From contig AP024667.1 in the NCBI GenBank assembly GCA_024346625.1, positions 248,001 to 312,000 of the forward strand: 64,000 nucleotides of DNA, written 5' to 3'. Positions 44,282-55,866 of this stretch are shown here, piece after piece; position 1 is the stretch's first letter, and each line of letters opens with the position of its first letter. The translations under genes and the position numbers were made by a program. The notes below the pieces were generated by a model. The model had not been told where the DNA came from. It made no database searches and was given only the letters and a program-made list of their open reading frames with translations. This DNA comes from Williopsis jadinii. Its lineage: Eukaryota.

Positions 44282-45849
44282 ATGTCGAGTGTTTCGTTAT
44301 CGTCGTCGTTCCAGTCGCAAGGCTGGGTTGTGCAGAAGTTTGGAGGCACGTCAGTTGGAAAGTTCAGCGAGCAGATTACCGATGAGATTGTCAGCGTGTA
44401 TTCCAAGACGAACAGAGTAGCGGTTGTTTGCTCAGCGCGCTCGTCAAAGACCAAGAGCGAAGGAACCACGTCGAGGCTGCTGAGGGCTGCGGACCTGGCG
44501 TCCATCGACGGCGACTACCAGGGAGTGCTGGAGCTGGTGAGAGAGGACCACCTGAGCAATGCGAAGGCGCTGGTGAAGTCCCCAGAGTTGCTGGCGCAGC
44601 TGCTGAAGGATACGAATTTTGAGTGTGACCAGGTGTTGAAGCTGTTGCATGCTTCGCAGATCATTGGTGAGATCTCTCCTCGTACGCTGGACTCCATCAT
44701 GAGCGCCGGTGAGAAGCTCAGCTGTCTCTTCATGACCGCTCTGTTCAACGACCACGGAATCAAGGCCAAATACGTGGATTTGTCCAATATCATTGCTCCA
44801 GGGCTGGACTGTCCAAGTCCGGGTTTGACGACTCCTTCTACAAGAACCTGAGCCAGTCGCTGGCTGAGAAGATCATGGAGTTGGAAAATGACGACATCGT
44901 GCCAGTGTTTACAGGTTACTTTGGTATTGTGCCTGGTGGGTTGTTGAACGGTGTTGGACGTGGTTACACGGACCTGTGTGCTGCGTTGATTGCCGTTGGT
45001 ATCAACGCTGATGAGCTGCAAGTCTGGAAAGAAGTTGACGGTATCTTCACAGCAGACCCACGTAAAGTGGCCACTGCTCGTCTCCTACCTTCTGTTACCC
45101 CAGAGGAGGCTGCAGAGCTGACATACTACGGCTCTGAGGTTATCCATCCATTCACAATGGAGCAAGTCATCAAGGCAAAGATCCCAATCAGAATCAAGAA
45201 CGTTGAGAACCCGACAGGTGACGGCACAATCATCTACCCTGATGACGTTGGCCGTAAAGGTGAAGAGACTCCATTGCATCCACCTCAGATCGTGGCACAA
45301 CAGGCCACTGCCTTCTTAAAGAAGAAGGCTGCCACGGCGATCACTGCAAAGCACGATATCATCGTGTTGAACGTACACTCAAATAAGAAGACGCTGTCTC
45401 ATGGATTCCTCGCACAGATCTTTTCCACTTTGGACGAGTATAAGTTGGTTGTTGATTTGATCTCAACGTCTGAAGTGCACGTTTCAATGGCTTTACAGCA
45501 CTCTGATGATGAAGCTTCCAATAGGGACCTGAGAGATGCCGTGCAAGAGCTGAAAAAACTAGGTACCGTTGACGTTACGAGAAACATGTCCATCGTTTCA
45601 TTGGTTGGTAAGCACATGAAGCAGTTCATTGGTGTTGCTTCCACAATGTTCTCTACACTTGCTGAACAAGGTATCAACATTGAGATGATTTCTCAAGGTG
45701 CCAATGAGATTAATATCAGTGCTGTTATCGATGAAAAGGATTCTCTAAAGGCATTGCAGGCCATCCATGCTAAGTTATTGGATCAACCGGTAGTGGAAGG
45801 CAGTGCGTTGCATGATAGAATCGAAAGACTCAAACTCGGTCAGGATTAG
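44282..45849 (+). CDS. HOM3: Aspartate kinase, with an apparent 1-nt deletion frameshift at ~44809-44810
   Basis: VQKFGGTSVG...GEKLS in the first frame, then GRGYTD, DGIFTADPR, YYGSEVIHP and ACT domains in the second. Adding one base after GAC gives PGLDLSKSGFDDSFY. Confidence 0.92.
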
Positions 45850-45987
45850 TCAAGCACAATCCACATGTATATACATTCTTACACCAAGACAAGAAGAAAA
45901 AAAGTATTACAGAATATAACTATATGTAGTCAAGCTTTTATTTGACCAATTGGTTTTTTCCCTCATGTTTGTTGTCTGGAATTACAA

Positions 45988-46821
45988 TTAAAAGATAAAC
46001 ACTTGATCACCAGCTTTCGAAACAGGTTTAGCCTTCTCAAAGCCCAAGTTGACGACAGACTTCTTACAAGATGAAACCATTGGTGGTGGACCACAGAGCA
46101 AAACCATGGTCTTTGGTGTGGCTGCTGGCATGTAACGGTTCAGGATCTCCTGTGTGACGTAACCGGAATCACCTTTCCAGTTCATAGGAGGCTTATCAAG
46201 CATGTAGTGGATTCTAATGTTTGGATGCTCCTTGGAGATCTTGTCCAGCTCTTGTCTGAGAAGAATGTCCTCTTCAGTCTGGTTACCATAGACCAAGTCA
46301 ACCTCGGTCTTATCCTCTGGGTTGTTGGCGATGGCCTCGATGATTTGGAACATTGGGGTGATACCAGTACCACCTGCAACCATACCAAAGTGGGTCACCA
46401 TGTTTGGCGTGTATTCGAAGAACCCCTTAGGACCCTTCACCTTCAAGGACTCGCCAATCTCCATCTCCGCAATATGCTTGGAGATGTTACCCTCTGGGTA
46501 GTGCTTGATCAACAGATCAAAGTAACCCTTGACCGCGTCGTTGGACGTTGGCGTATACGATCTCACAATCTCCTTGCCGTTAATACGGGCTGCAACCTGG
46601 ATGTGTTGGCCAATAGGCAACCCCAGAACGTCGTCTGGACGTGGCAGCGCATATCTGTAGATCCCAGAGTTGTGGGACAGCATCGTCTTCTGGATCAGTG
46701 GGAAGTACTGGAACTCATCCTTTCTCAGCACCTTACGCTGCTTTGGCGTCGACAGGAAGCGAACAGCAACGGTGATCACCACTATGACAATGGCAAGCAG
46801 CACGGTAATTGGGACACCCAT
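45988..46821 (-). CDS. CBR1: NADH-cytochrome b5 reductase
   Basis: N-terminal TM, LGLPIGQHI, RSYTP, GPKG, AGGTGITP and CGPPPM. Probable start ATG 46821. Confidence 0.92.
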   Translation of the reverse strand: MGVPITVLLAIVIVVITVAVRFLSTPKQRKVLRKDEFQYFPLIQKTMLSHNSGIYRYALPRPDDVLGLPIGQHIQVAARINGKEIVRSYTPTSNDAVKGYFDLLIKHYPEGNISKHIAEMEIGESLKVKGPKGFFEYTPNMVTHFGMVAGGTGITPMFQIIEAIANNPEDKTEVDLVYGNQTEEDILLRQELDKISKEHPNIRIHYMLDKPPMNWKGDSGYVTQEILNRYMPAATPKTMVLLCGPPPMVSSCKKSVVNLGFEKAKPVSKAGDQVFIF

Positions 46822-47271
46822 TCTCTCACAAATATCAAGCGTTACTGACTCACACAACAGCAGCTCCCAGGTGGATATCCTGTGTGTCTCTTCTGTATAT
46901 TTATACACCAGCAAGACACCTCTAAACAGAGATCAGTGCAGTGCAATGGAGAGAGAAAAGATTTTCCCCTGGGCATAATCCCCCGAGCTGGCGAGGGAGC
47001 GTTTTTTAGCCCGAACAGGGGAAAAGATCCCACCAGCGGGCCGAGCTGGACAAACACAGCCAAAATGGGCAATCGTGCAAGGAATGGCAGCGTATAAAAG
47101 CAATGGTACCGTTGTTGCTGTGACGGTGTGTGGGGTGTGAAACGGTGGAGAGCCACTGCTGGGACAATTGGATTAATCCGATGGATTAATCCCTTTTTCC
47201 AATTGGATTTATAAAAGCGGTGTAGTACGCCTCGGTGGTGTGCTCTGTGTGAGATAAGGCCGGAGGGTTGT

Positions 47272-47304
47272 GTCACGTGACTGGGGGTACCGTAGTCACG
47301 TGAC
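47272..47304. promoter_or_regulatory. Two palindromic GTCACGTGAC (Cbf1/bHLH) sites in the CBR1-VSB1 divergent promoter
   Basis: gtcacgtgac at 47272-47281 and 47295-47304. Confidence 0.65.
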
Positions 47305-47910
47305 CCCCGCCAGAGCGATCACGATCACGCGACGCGCTTTTGCCTCGGGCCACCGTCCACCTTCGTCTCTTCACCGTACAAAGGCACCGCACAAAGGCAC
47401 CGCACGAGCCATCCTCAGTGTGCACACATCGCCCAATTGGAACACTCCGTCTGCGGCTTCACCACTGCGCTGCCTGAGACCAACGGCCCCCTGCCACGCT
47501 GGCTGCTCACGAACGCTGGCCTGTTCACGAACGCCGGGCTGCTGTTGGACGCCAAAGTGCGTTATCTCGCGCCTGTCCTCTGCCGAATGAAATCTCAGCG
47601 TTGCGCTCGTCCTTCGCGGACAATCTGTGCGGCCCCTGCCTAGGAGCCCTCCCTAGGAGCCCTCCCTCACACTGGCTCTGCAGCCCACGAAGAGAAGCGC
47701 TCCTTGTGATTGCAGAAGAGTGGAAACAGGCAGCCAATTTCCAGCTTTGGTTCCAGCGTTGGTTTCAGCTTTGGTTCCTACTTTCCCTCCCCGTTGATAC
47801 CTGGTGAGGCCCTCTGAAGACCCCTGTCCGTTTGTCAATTGCGTTCATTTGAGTCCGCAGCCCATCGTTAGAAGAGCATCACCAACTGGGACATAAAGGA
47901 GTTGACGATA

Positions 47911-50844
47911 ATGTCCAGAAAGGCAAGACAGCAATCGCTGTCCGGCGCGCTGAGCGTCTCCCTCGGGCTGAGCTCGTCATACAAGGAGAGCCCTTCGAAC
48001 ATCAACCTGGGCAGATCCTACCTGGGGTTCAAACAGACCCCAGGCACCGTGTACAGCAACAGCAGCGGTGGCCGGTCGCCAGTGATGTCCGACGATGGAG
48101 TACACAGTGCGAACTTTGTCAGAGATGAGTCGCACGAGCAGACTGAGGAGCTGGCAGCAGACGACTCGATGTTTGATGACGTGGCTGCCGAAGGAGCCAA
48201 CGAGCAGTCCTCGCTGGCTGAGTACGAGGCGCCAATACTGGAAGAGGAGGATCAGCAGCAACATCAACATCAACAACAACAACAACAACAACAGGCAGAC
48301 GAGCACTCTCCCCTGGTTGTGGATCCCAGCCTGGCGGCTGCGTTCTACTCCTACAACGGTGTTGATCCTGAGGCCCAAACTCGCTCAAAGGTGAAGGCAC
48401 CAGAGTTCGAGTGGTCGGACTTGAAGCCCATGAAGCTGGCATCGTACATCCCCTCGGTGATCTTGGGGCTGCTGCTGAACATCCTGGATGGCTTATCCTA
48501 CGGTATGATCATATTCCCCATAGGCGAACGTATCTTTGCCAATCTCGGCTCTGCAGGTTGTCCATGTTCTACGTGTCGTGTATCATTTCACAGTTGATCT
48601 ACTCGCTAGGAGGCTCTGCCTTCAAGGCTGGCATAGGCTCGGAGATGATTGAAGTCACTCCTTTCTTCCATGCCATGGCGGCAGCCATAACTCATGAGAT
48701 CGGTGAAGACTCGCCAGACGTTGTCATTGCAACGACCATCACGGCGTATGCTTTCTCCTCCATCATCACAGGCGCCATATTCTTTCTCCTGGGTAAGTTC
48801 AAGCTGGGCCAGCTTGTGGCGTTCTTCCCACGTCATATCCTCATAGGCTGTATAGGAGGTGTTGGTTACTTCCTCGTGGTGACGGGAATGGAGGTGTCGT
48901 CGAAGCTGGGCAGCTTCGAGTACAACTGGCCCTATCTTTCTTCGTTGTTCGAACTGTCAACCTTTTTCAAATGGTTCCTGCCAGTGGTTTTGACTGTTGG
49001 ACTCGTCGTGCTACAGCACTTCAACCACAACTCGCTGATACTTCCTTCCTACTTCATCCTGGTGTTCATCATCACACACATCCTCATCATCGTGGTGCCA
49101 ACATGGGACTTGGAATCGGCCAGAGACTCTGGATATATGTTCTCGTCTGGTCCAAATTCAAATGCCCCATGGTATGAATTCTACACACTGTACAACTTCA
49201 AAGTGGTTCGTTGGGGAGTTCTGTTCCAGCAGGTGCCAACTATGCTTGCGCTTACGTTCTTTGGGATCCTCCACGTGCCAATCAACGTTCCTGCCCTGGC
49301 TGTGTCAATGAAACAAGATGAGGTGGACGTTGATAGAGAGCTCATCGCGCATGGCTTGAGTAATCTGGTGTCTGGTGCAGTGGGGAGTATTCAAAACTAC
49401 CTTGTCTACACGAACTCTCTGTTGTTCATGCGTGCTGGAGCAGACTCGAGAGTGGCTGGTGTTATGCTTGCACTGGCAACATTCGCAGTGTTGCTCGTTG
49501 GTCCCGTTGTCATTGGGTTCATCCCTGTCTGTGTTGTTGGAAGTTTGATCTTCCTTCTCGGCTACGAACTGCTCAAGGAAGCACTTTGGGATACTTGGGG
49601 AAGAGTCAGTGGTGTTGAGTATGGTACAATCTTGGTGATTGTCCTGACAATGGGTGTTTACGACTTCGTGATTGGTATCGTTGTTGGTGTTATCCTCGCA
49701 AGTTTCCACTTTCTGTGGGAAAATACAAAGATCCCAATCATTACGAATGCCTATACAGGCGAGGTTGCAAGATCCACTGTCATCAGACATCCATTGCAAG
49801 AACAATTCTTGCACAGAATTGGTAAGCAGATTTACGTCTTGAAACTGCAGAGTTTCCTTTTCTTTGGAACCATTGGTAAAGTTGAGAAGGAGATCAAAAA
49901 GCTATTCGACACTGATAACTTCCACAAGACCCCTATTCGCTACCTCATTCTAGACTTCAAAAACGTGTTGAACATTGATTTCAGTGCTGCTGAGGGCTTG
50001 AACCGTATCAGAAACTTCATCTTTGAACAAGATGCGTACATGATCATATCCATCGGTGATAAAGATATGATTCTCGATTCCTTGAGAAGGTGGGCCTGTT
50101 CGACACAGATAACAAGAAACTACAAGTGTTTCAAGACCTGAACAGCTCACTCGAATGGTGTGAGAACGAATTCCTCACCAAGTACAAGAATTTCCAAAAG
50201 TTCAAGAAAGAACACCAAAAGACATCGTCTATCCCAAGAACTGCTAAGAAGCCATCCTTTTCAACGTTGCCGATCAACACCCCAAGAAATACAAACTTTC
50301 TACAAGAAGCGTCGAACACGTACAAGAGAGAACTGGTTGATCAACAGCAGGCAGTTAAGAGGATGAGCCACTGTCGCTGTTGATGCTGTCATTGCAAGGT
50401 GTGTCTACAAAGCCACGTGATTTCTGGAAAAAGCTCATACCATATTTCCATTCACCATTCACGCTGGCAAATGGACAGACGTTGTCTTTCAAGATCACGG
50501 ACTCTTTCTTTGTATTGGTTGAGAAGGGTGTTGTAACCGTTGACCTCCACACCAATATTTCGGATGAAGGAGGTGTGCCTATTATCCATGAGACTTTACT
50601 ACCTCGTACTATCATTGGCCGTTTTGCTGGTGGCAGCGAGGATGTCTCGTCTGGTCACAAGCGTCGTCTCATCAACTCTTTCAAGGCGAAGAAAGACTGC
50701 AAGTATTGGGAGATTGATGACAAGGCACTGAACCGGTTAAGGGCCGAGGAGCCAGAACTGTTTATGGAGCTGATGCTCGTTGTCATGAAGATGAACGAGG
50801 AGAGATTCGAAAACTTCACTGGTTATGCACTCATCAGTACGTGA
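47911..50844 (+). CDS. VSB1: SulP/SLC26-family vacuolar transporter with STAS and cNMP-like domains (YGR125W/Vsb1), three apparent 1-nt deletions (~48558, ~50088, ~50357)
   Basis: LLNILDGLSYGMIIFP, GSEMIEVTPFFH, FFPRHILIGCIGGVG, LHVPINVPAL, QNYLVYTNS, IDFSAAE and DLNSSLEWCEN. These are spread over four ORFs that join if one base is added at each junction. Confidence 0.88.
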
Positions 50845-51187
50845 TGTTAGAAGGCAGATAAATACAGCCATTTTAATCACAAGAACTACGTGACTCGGTG
50901 TCTTAAAGTATTTATAAGTTCCCTTGCGTGTATTGTATGTAGAAAAGCTATAAAAGAGTCAATGTTTGACGAAAAGAATCCGTTACTTATTAAAAAATGC
51001 ATGGTTATTAGGTGGAAATGGCCAGTTCAGGCTGTAAATCTCCAAAGTAATACATCAACAATCTCTCACGATAAGGGAAGGAAATACCATGATAAACTGA
51101 TGTAAAGAAAGCGTCCATCCAAAAGAGAATAAAAAAGTGGTATAAGTATTGTGAATGTGCAATGATGAAGGACATGGAGCTGGAGCC

Positions 51188-53023
51188 TTACTCGGTATCA
51201 GCACTTGAGCCTCCAGCTGGCTTGGACTCCTCGTCCTTTGCGTATTTTGTTTCCTTCTCTGGAGAGTAAGCGTATTTACTCTTTGCTCTAATTCTTGCTC
51301 CATAGAAGTAGAACCCGTATGGGATTGCACAACAGGCCAAGGAGATGAAGGCCAAGAAAGATGAGGCCCACTCAAAGCCCATCTTGTTGTACATCTGAAT
51401 GGTGAACAATGGGACAGCTGCACCCCACATCGATCTAAGGAACGTCTTTGCTGCTAAACCTGAAGCAGCATAGTGCTGGTATGAGTCGACAATGTAGTTG
51501 TTAGCTGGGTTGTAAAGCATGTTGAATCCAACACCACAGGCAAAACCAGAGATACAAGGACCTGCCCAACTCAATCTAGGGTAAGAAGTCCATGCGAAGC
51601 AGAAGAGACCAACTGGCACGGTCCAGCATCCAATCATCATTGGAATCAATCTAAGCTCTGCTGGTGGCACCTCGCCACGGTCAATGTACTTCTGGGCACG
51701 TTTGTTGTAATCAGTGTTGAACAGTGGTGCAACGGCAGTTGCAACAATGACACCAATAGCGATTGGGATAAACATCAGACCAACGGTGGAATTTGAGTAG
51801 CCCTTACCAACACCAAAGACCTCAGGGTAAGCAAAGAAGAACATGTAAAGCAAGCCGTAGATGATGGACATGTAAATGGTGATCAGAAACACAATTGGCT
51901 CCTGTAGAAGAATCAGTGGTCTCAGCAGAGTAGAGTGTAACACCTCTTTGATGGAACGGATCTGCAATTCAGAGATTGCACGATAGGTGGAGTCGCCAGT
52001 GATCTTTCTCAGCTTCTTAGCACGCTTTCTCAACAGCGTCTGATGGTGAGTTTCTGGAAGCGTGACGATGAGGACTGCGTAGACAACACCGGAGAAGATC
52101 AACAAAACCCAGTACAGCCATCTCCAGCCCGCGTTGTCGTAGATGAAACCACCAATCAGTGGACCAATGACAGGGCCAATGAACGGAGCCGCTGAGAAGA
52201 TCGCCATCGCAACACCTCTTTCCTCTGTGCTCCACATCTCAGCCAAGTTACCGCCAATAAGACACATTGGGGCAGAGAAGAACAGCCCGTTCAAGAATCT
52301 ACAGACCAGCAACGTCCCGATGTTCTGAGCAGCACCACATGGAATGATAAAGATCACCGCAAGACCCAAGGTGACCACGTAAACAGGATATCTACCAATC
52401 TCCTCGCTGATTGGTGCAAAGATCAAGGGTCCGATACCGAAACCGATAACCATCAACGTAACCGCCAGGATGGAAACCTCCATGGAGACTCCAAACGTCT
52501 CCATGGGACCTTCCATACCACCTGTGACGATACCTGAGGCCAATGCGACGTCAAAGCACACGACACCCAGCAAGCCGGTCAAGTACCACTTCTTCAAATT
52601 CGAGTAATTTCTAGGGTCCACCTTGTCGTTCTCAACAAACTCGACGATTCTGACACCTGTGGTGGCGTCTGTTGGATACTGCCATTCATCTTCTGGGTTG
52701 AACGTACCGCCTGGCAGCGCGTGGGTGTGGACTCTTGAGATGTCGATACCTTCTTCCAGCGGACCCAAGCCACCGGCGTCCAGCTCCAATTCCTTCACCA
52801 GGTCGTCCACACCCTGGTTATTGGACACCAGCTTCTCCAGGTCCGGGTCGTCCCTGTTACCTATGTGCGAGAGTATCGTGTGGACTCTCGAGAGCTGTGT
52901 GTGAACCCTGGACAGGTTCTGTGCGTTGCTGTCGTTGTCACCTACAAACGCCTGTGGCTCCTCATCGGTGAGTGAGGCAGAATCCCTAGGGGAGTTTGGT
53001 GAATTTACACTAGCTGAGGACAT
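51188..53023 (-). CDS. TPO3: MFS DHA1 polyamine/drug:H+ antiporter (Tpo2/Tpo3-like)
   Basis: [28 protein letters not shown] and [14 protein letters not shown], with 12 TM segments. First ATG at 53023. Confidence 0.85.
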   Translation of the reverse strand: MSSASVNSPNSPRDSASLTDEEPQAFVGDNDSNAQNLSRVHTQLSRVHTILSHIGNRDDPDLEKLVSNNQGVDDLVKELELDAGGLGPLEEGIDISRVHTHALPGGTFNPEDEWQYPTDATTGVRIVEFVENDKVDPRNYSNLKKWYLTGLLGVVCFDVALASGIVTGGMEGPMETFGVSMEVSILAVTLMVIGFGIGPLIFAPISEEIGRYPVYVVTLGLAVIFIIPCGAAQNIGTLLVCRFLNGLFFSAPMCLIGGNLAEMWSTEERGVAMAIFSAAPFIGPVIGPLIGGFIYDNAGWRWLYWVLLIFSGVVYAVLIVTLPETHHQTLLRKRAKKLRKITGDSTYRAISELQIRSIKEVLHSTLLRPLILLQEPIVFLITIYMSIIYGLLYMFFFAYPEVFGVGKGYSNSTVGLMFIPIAIGVIVATAVAPLFNTDYNKRAQKYIDRGEVPPAELRLIPMMIGCWTVPVGLFCFAWTSYPRLSWAGPCISGFACGVGFNMLYNPANNYIVDSYQHYAASGLAAKTFLRSMWGAAVPLFTIQMYNKMGFEWASSFLAFISLACCAIPYGFYFYGARIRAKSKYAYSPEKETKYAKDEESKPAGGSSADTE

Positions 53024-54819
53024 GATGCTGAAGTTCGTCTCAAGCAATGCTCTTCGTGTGTGAAATACTGTCTTGTTTAACCGAGAGTATCAACCTTTCT
53101 TCAAACAACGGGCAAAGGCACAGGCTGCCACTACAAAACGCAGGCTTCGCAGTCATATATATATACGTGAGCAGTGACCTTGTCCAATGGTCTGTGCCAT
53201 CGCAAGCTGCACAGAGCATCACTATGTGTCATCAGCTTCGGCCCAGCACCACCTTCTGAGCCGGTCGTGAATTGCTTTTACCGTGAGGCTGTAGCAGGAG
53301 CGCTGCCCATGGCACCAGGAATCCGCAGTGCACAAGGGCTGTTTGTTTTCCTGTTGGGGCCTATTCGCGGAGATGTTGCTATTGTTGCGCACAGGCGAGC
53401 TGTGCGGGCTGGGCTCGCTCTGCCCAGCGCGCGCTTTTAAAAACCCCTCTGGCGGTTCTGCCTGGAGGGACCGCCCAGCTCAGCCGTTTTGGACCGGGTA
53501 GGCTTTTTTCTCGTCCCAGCCTACGCGCGCACAGCCATGGAGACATAATAGCGTGCGCACTGGTGCACTTCCGTTGATCTCCACCGATCTCTTGCAATTC
53601 GTTCGCGTACTGAGGTGCTTAAACCGTGGGCATTTTGCCCTGATTGCCCTCTTTGCCCTGCGAATTGGTGGTGTTCCACTCACAATTGCGCGATTTTGTC
53701 ATGGCCTGCTCGTGGCGATTGTTCTGGTGCTTGGGCGTATTTTAATCGCCGACAGATACCTGAAAACTGCGCCCACCGCTGTCATTTTGAGTCACTTTTG
53801 CGGGCTTTTAAAAGAGAAGTGTGCCTTTGTGCGTGTGCGTGAGTGTATGTTTTCATTTTCGCCTTGTTTCTGGGCAATTGTGTGCGAGCGGCTCAAAGGG
53901 TCCCCGCCAATTTTGTTTTTTTCCATGTTTTTTCTGGAAACGGCCAACTCAAAACAAGCACTTTAGCACGGTCGGCTGTTGTTGGGACGCTCTGGCCGAT
54001 TTCGCGGAGGTGTCTGGGTGTTTGCTTTCTTCAGGGCGTTGACCGTCAAGGGCCACACGGGTGGTGGTAGCCGTGTCATACTGTGTAAACTCACTCATCG
54101 GTTCTGAGGGCCTCTGGGGGAGAGAGGCCCTCGGGCAGCGTGTTGTTGGTGGTGAGCTGTGGTTGAATAGCGAGCCCACCCAGTTCTGTGGAGTTGGCGT
54201 TCGATATGTAAGGGCTAGCCATGGGTGACGGGCCATGTGTCTAAACCTACCGTTAGGCGTTGCTTATCGGGTTTGTCGCTGTGACACGCTTCGAGGAGGG
54301 CAAATCTCCAGGCGTCTTCCAGAGCTCTGTTCGTCGTGGAAGCTTGTCAGTCAAGCAGGCAAGCAGTCAAGCAGACAAGCAGTGGTGTGTGGTCACGTGA
54401 CAGCAGTCGGTTCTATGACGAGGAGATCCTGTTCGGACACAGCGCTATGTGTTTCGCCAATCGCATCGCTATCCCTAAGCGCACTAAATCTACAATGCAC
54501 ACCACAGGCAGCTGTCACGGGGGACATCGGCCTCCCTGGCTCCTGCTTTCAACACCACAGAGTTCTGCCCCATAGGGACGCACACCAATGGTCTGAAACA
54601 CAACCAGTGCTGCGACAAGAGGTACTGAGATCCTACAGTGCATCCCTCTTCTAACGGGTGTGCCCCTCCCGCTTCGCACCGCCCGCGGCGCTCGTAACCG
54701 GCCGCAGATGCAAAACATCCGCACACCACATCGTCAGATTGGAGAATATAAAGCCTGATAACATTCATTTTTCTCTCCATCTTCTTCCCACACTCCTCTC
54801 TCCTTTCCTTTCCTCAACC

Positions 54820-55005
54820 GTCCTTGTGCTCGGGAATTACGCATATCAGTGAAGACTTATGTCTGAGGTTGTGTATTTGCTGGTTGAAAATTTTTAACCA
54901 CGACCGCTTCTTTCGAACCGCTGTGGAAGCCTGGCCAAGCTGACAGCTCCTGAGCTGTCAACTCTGGCTGGTTCCGTGTTCTTAAGGGAATTTTTGGAAA
55001 CTCTT
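54820..55005 (+). ncRNA. SNR14: U4 spliceosomal snRNA
   Basis: GTCCTTGTGCTCGGGAATTACGCATATCAGTGA...TTTGCTGGTTGAAA matches yeast U4 stem II, the 5' k-turn stem-loop and stem I. Sm site AATTTTTGG at 54989-54997; TATA-like element near 54747. Next to TMA20/PAC2 as in S. cerevisiae. Ends are approximate. Confidence 0.92.
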
Positions 55006-55268
55006 CTTTCGTGTCCGCTCTATGGCTGGTGTCATCTGACAGGCCAATTGGACGCAGTATATAAATTAGCAGACTGTACTATAAAAACTGGCGACTTTCC
55101 GGCCCCTGAGCAAGCATATTTAGCAGCGAATTGTAGCGTGTGTGCGTGTGTTTTCCGTTGGTAGATTTTTTCAGCAGGTGAAATTTTTTTTATGCTGTGC
55201 TTTGTCACCCCCGAAAACCATCTCTCCAAGCAACAGGTGAAGAAACGCCATAGAAGTAGAGAATCACT

Positions 55269-55866
55269 ATGTTTAAGAAGTTGGTGTCCATGTCAATTCC
55301 TGTTCTACGTGTCCAGTGTACTAATATTCGTTGCTAGGTTCACCAAAGAGGACGTCCACACCCGTTCAAACCTCAAGTCATCAATCCAGAGAGGGTTGAA
55401 ATCCAAGTTCGTCAGCCAATACCCGTTGACGGAGCCTGTGATTGACGACATCTTCCCAAAGAAGTCTCAGATAGAGCTGTTCAAGTGTGAGGATAAGATC
55501 CAGCTGTACGTTGTGGATAACGAGGTTGTGTGCTTCCAGCAGTTTGACGAGCTGATCCCGGCTTTGAAATTGGTGCATAAATACCCATCTCTGTTCCCAA
55601 CGCTGACGGTGGACCGTGGTGCTATCAAGTTCGTGCTGAGTGGTGCCAACATCATGTGTCCCGGGCTGACCAGTCCAGGTGGTGAGCTGCCAGACGATTC
55701 CTTGCCTGAGAAGACCATAGTGGTGATCAATGCTGAAGGGAAGGAAAATGCGCTGGCTGTAGGGCAATTGATTATGAGTACAGACGATATAAAGACAAAG
55801 AACAAGGGTATCTGTATCGAATCCTGCTGTTATCTCGGTGATGGGTTATGGAATTTTAACGTGTAA
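55269..55866 (+). CDS. TMA20: Translation machinery-associated protein Tma20 (MCT-1, PUA domain), 2 exons (55269-55279, 55338-55866)
   Basis: Spliced MFKKFTKEDV, VDRGAIKFVLSGANIMCPGLTSPGG and YLGDGLW. Intron 55280-55337 is GTTGGT..TACTAAT..TAG. Confidence 0.92.

Noticed and set aside
44800..44830. Programmed -1 ribosomal frameshift in HOM3
   Set aside because: There is no X XXY YYZ slippery site, and the same error type recurs three times in nearby VSB1.
53174..54780. Short ORFs (70-139 aa) between TPO3 and U4
   Set aside because: Overlapping on both strands, mostly non-ATG starts, no motifs; typical of GC-rich noncoding DNA.
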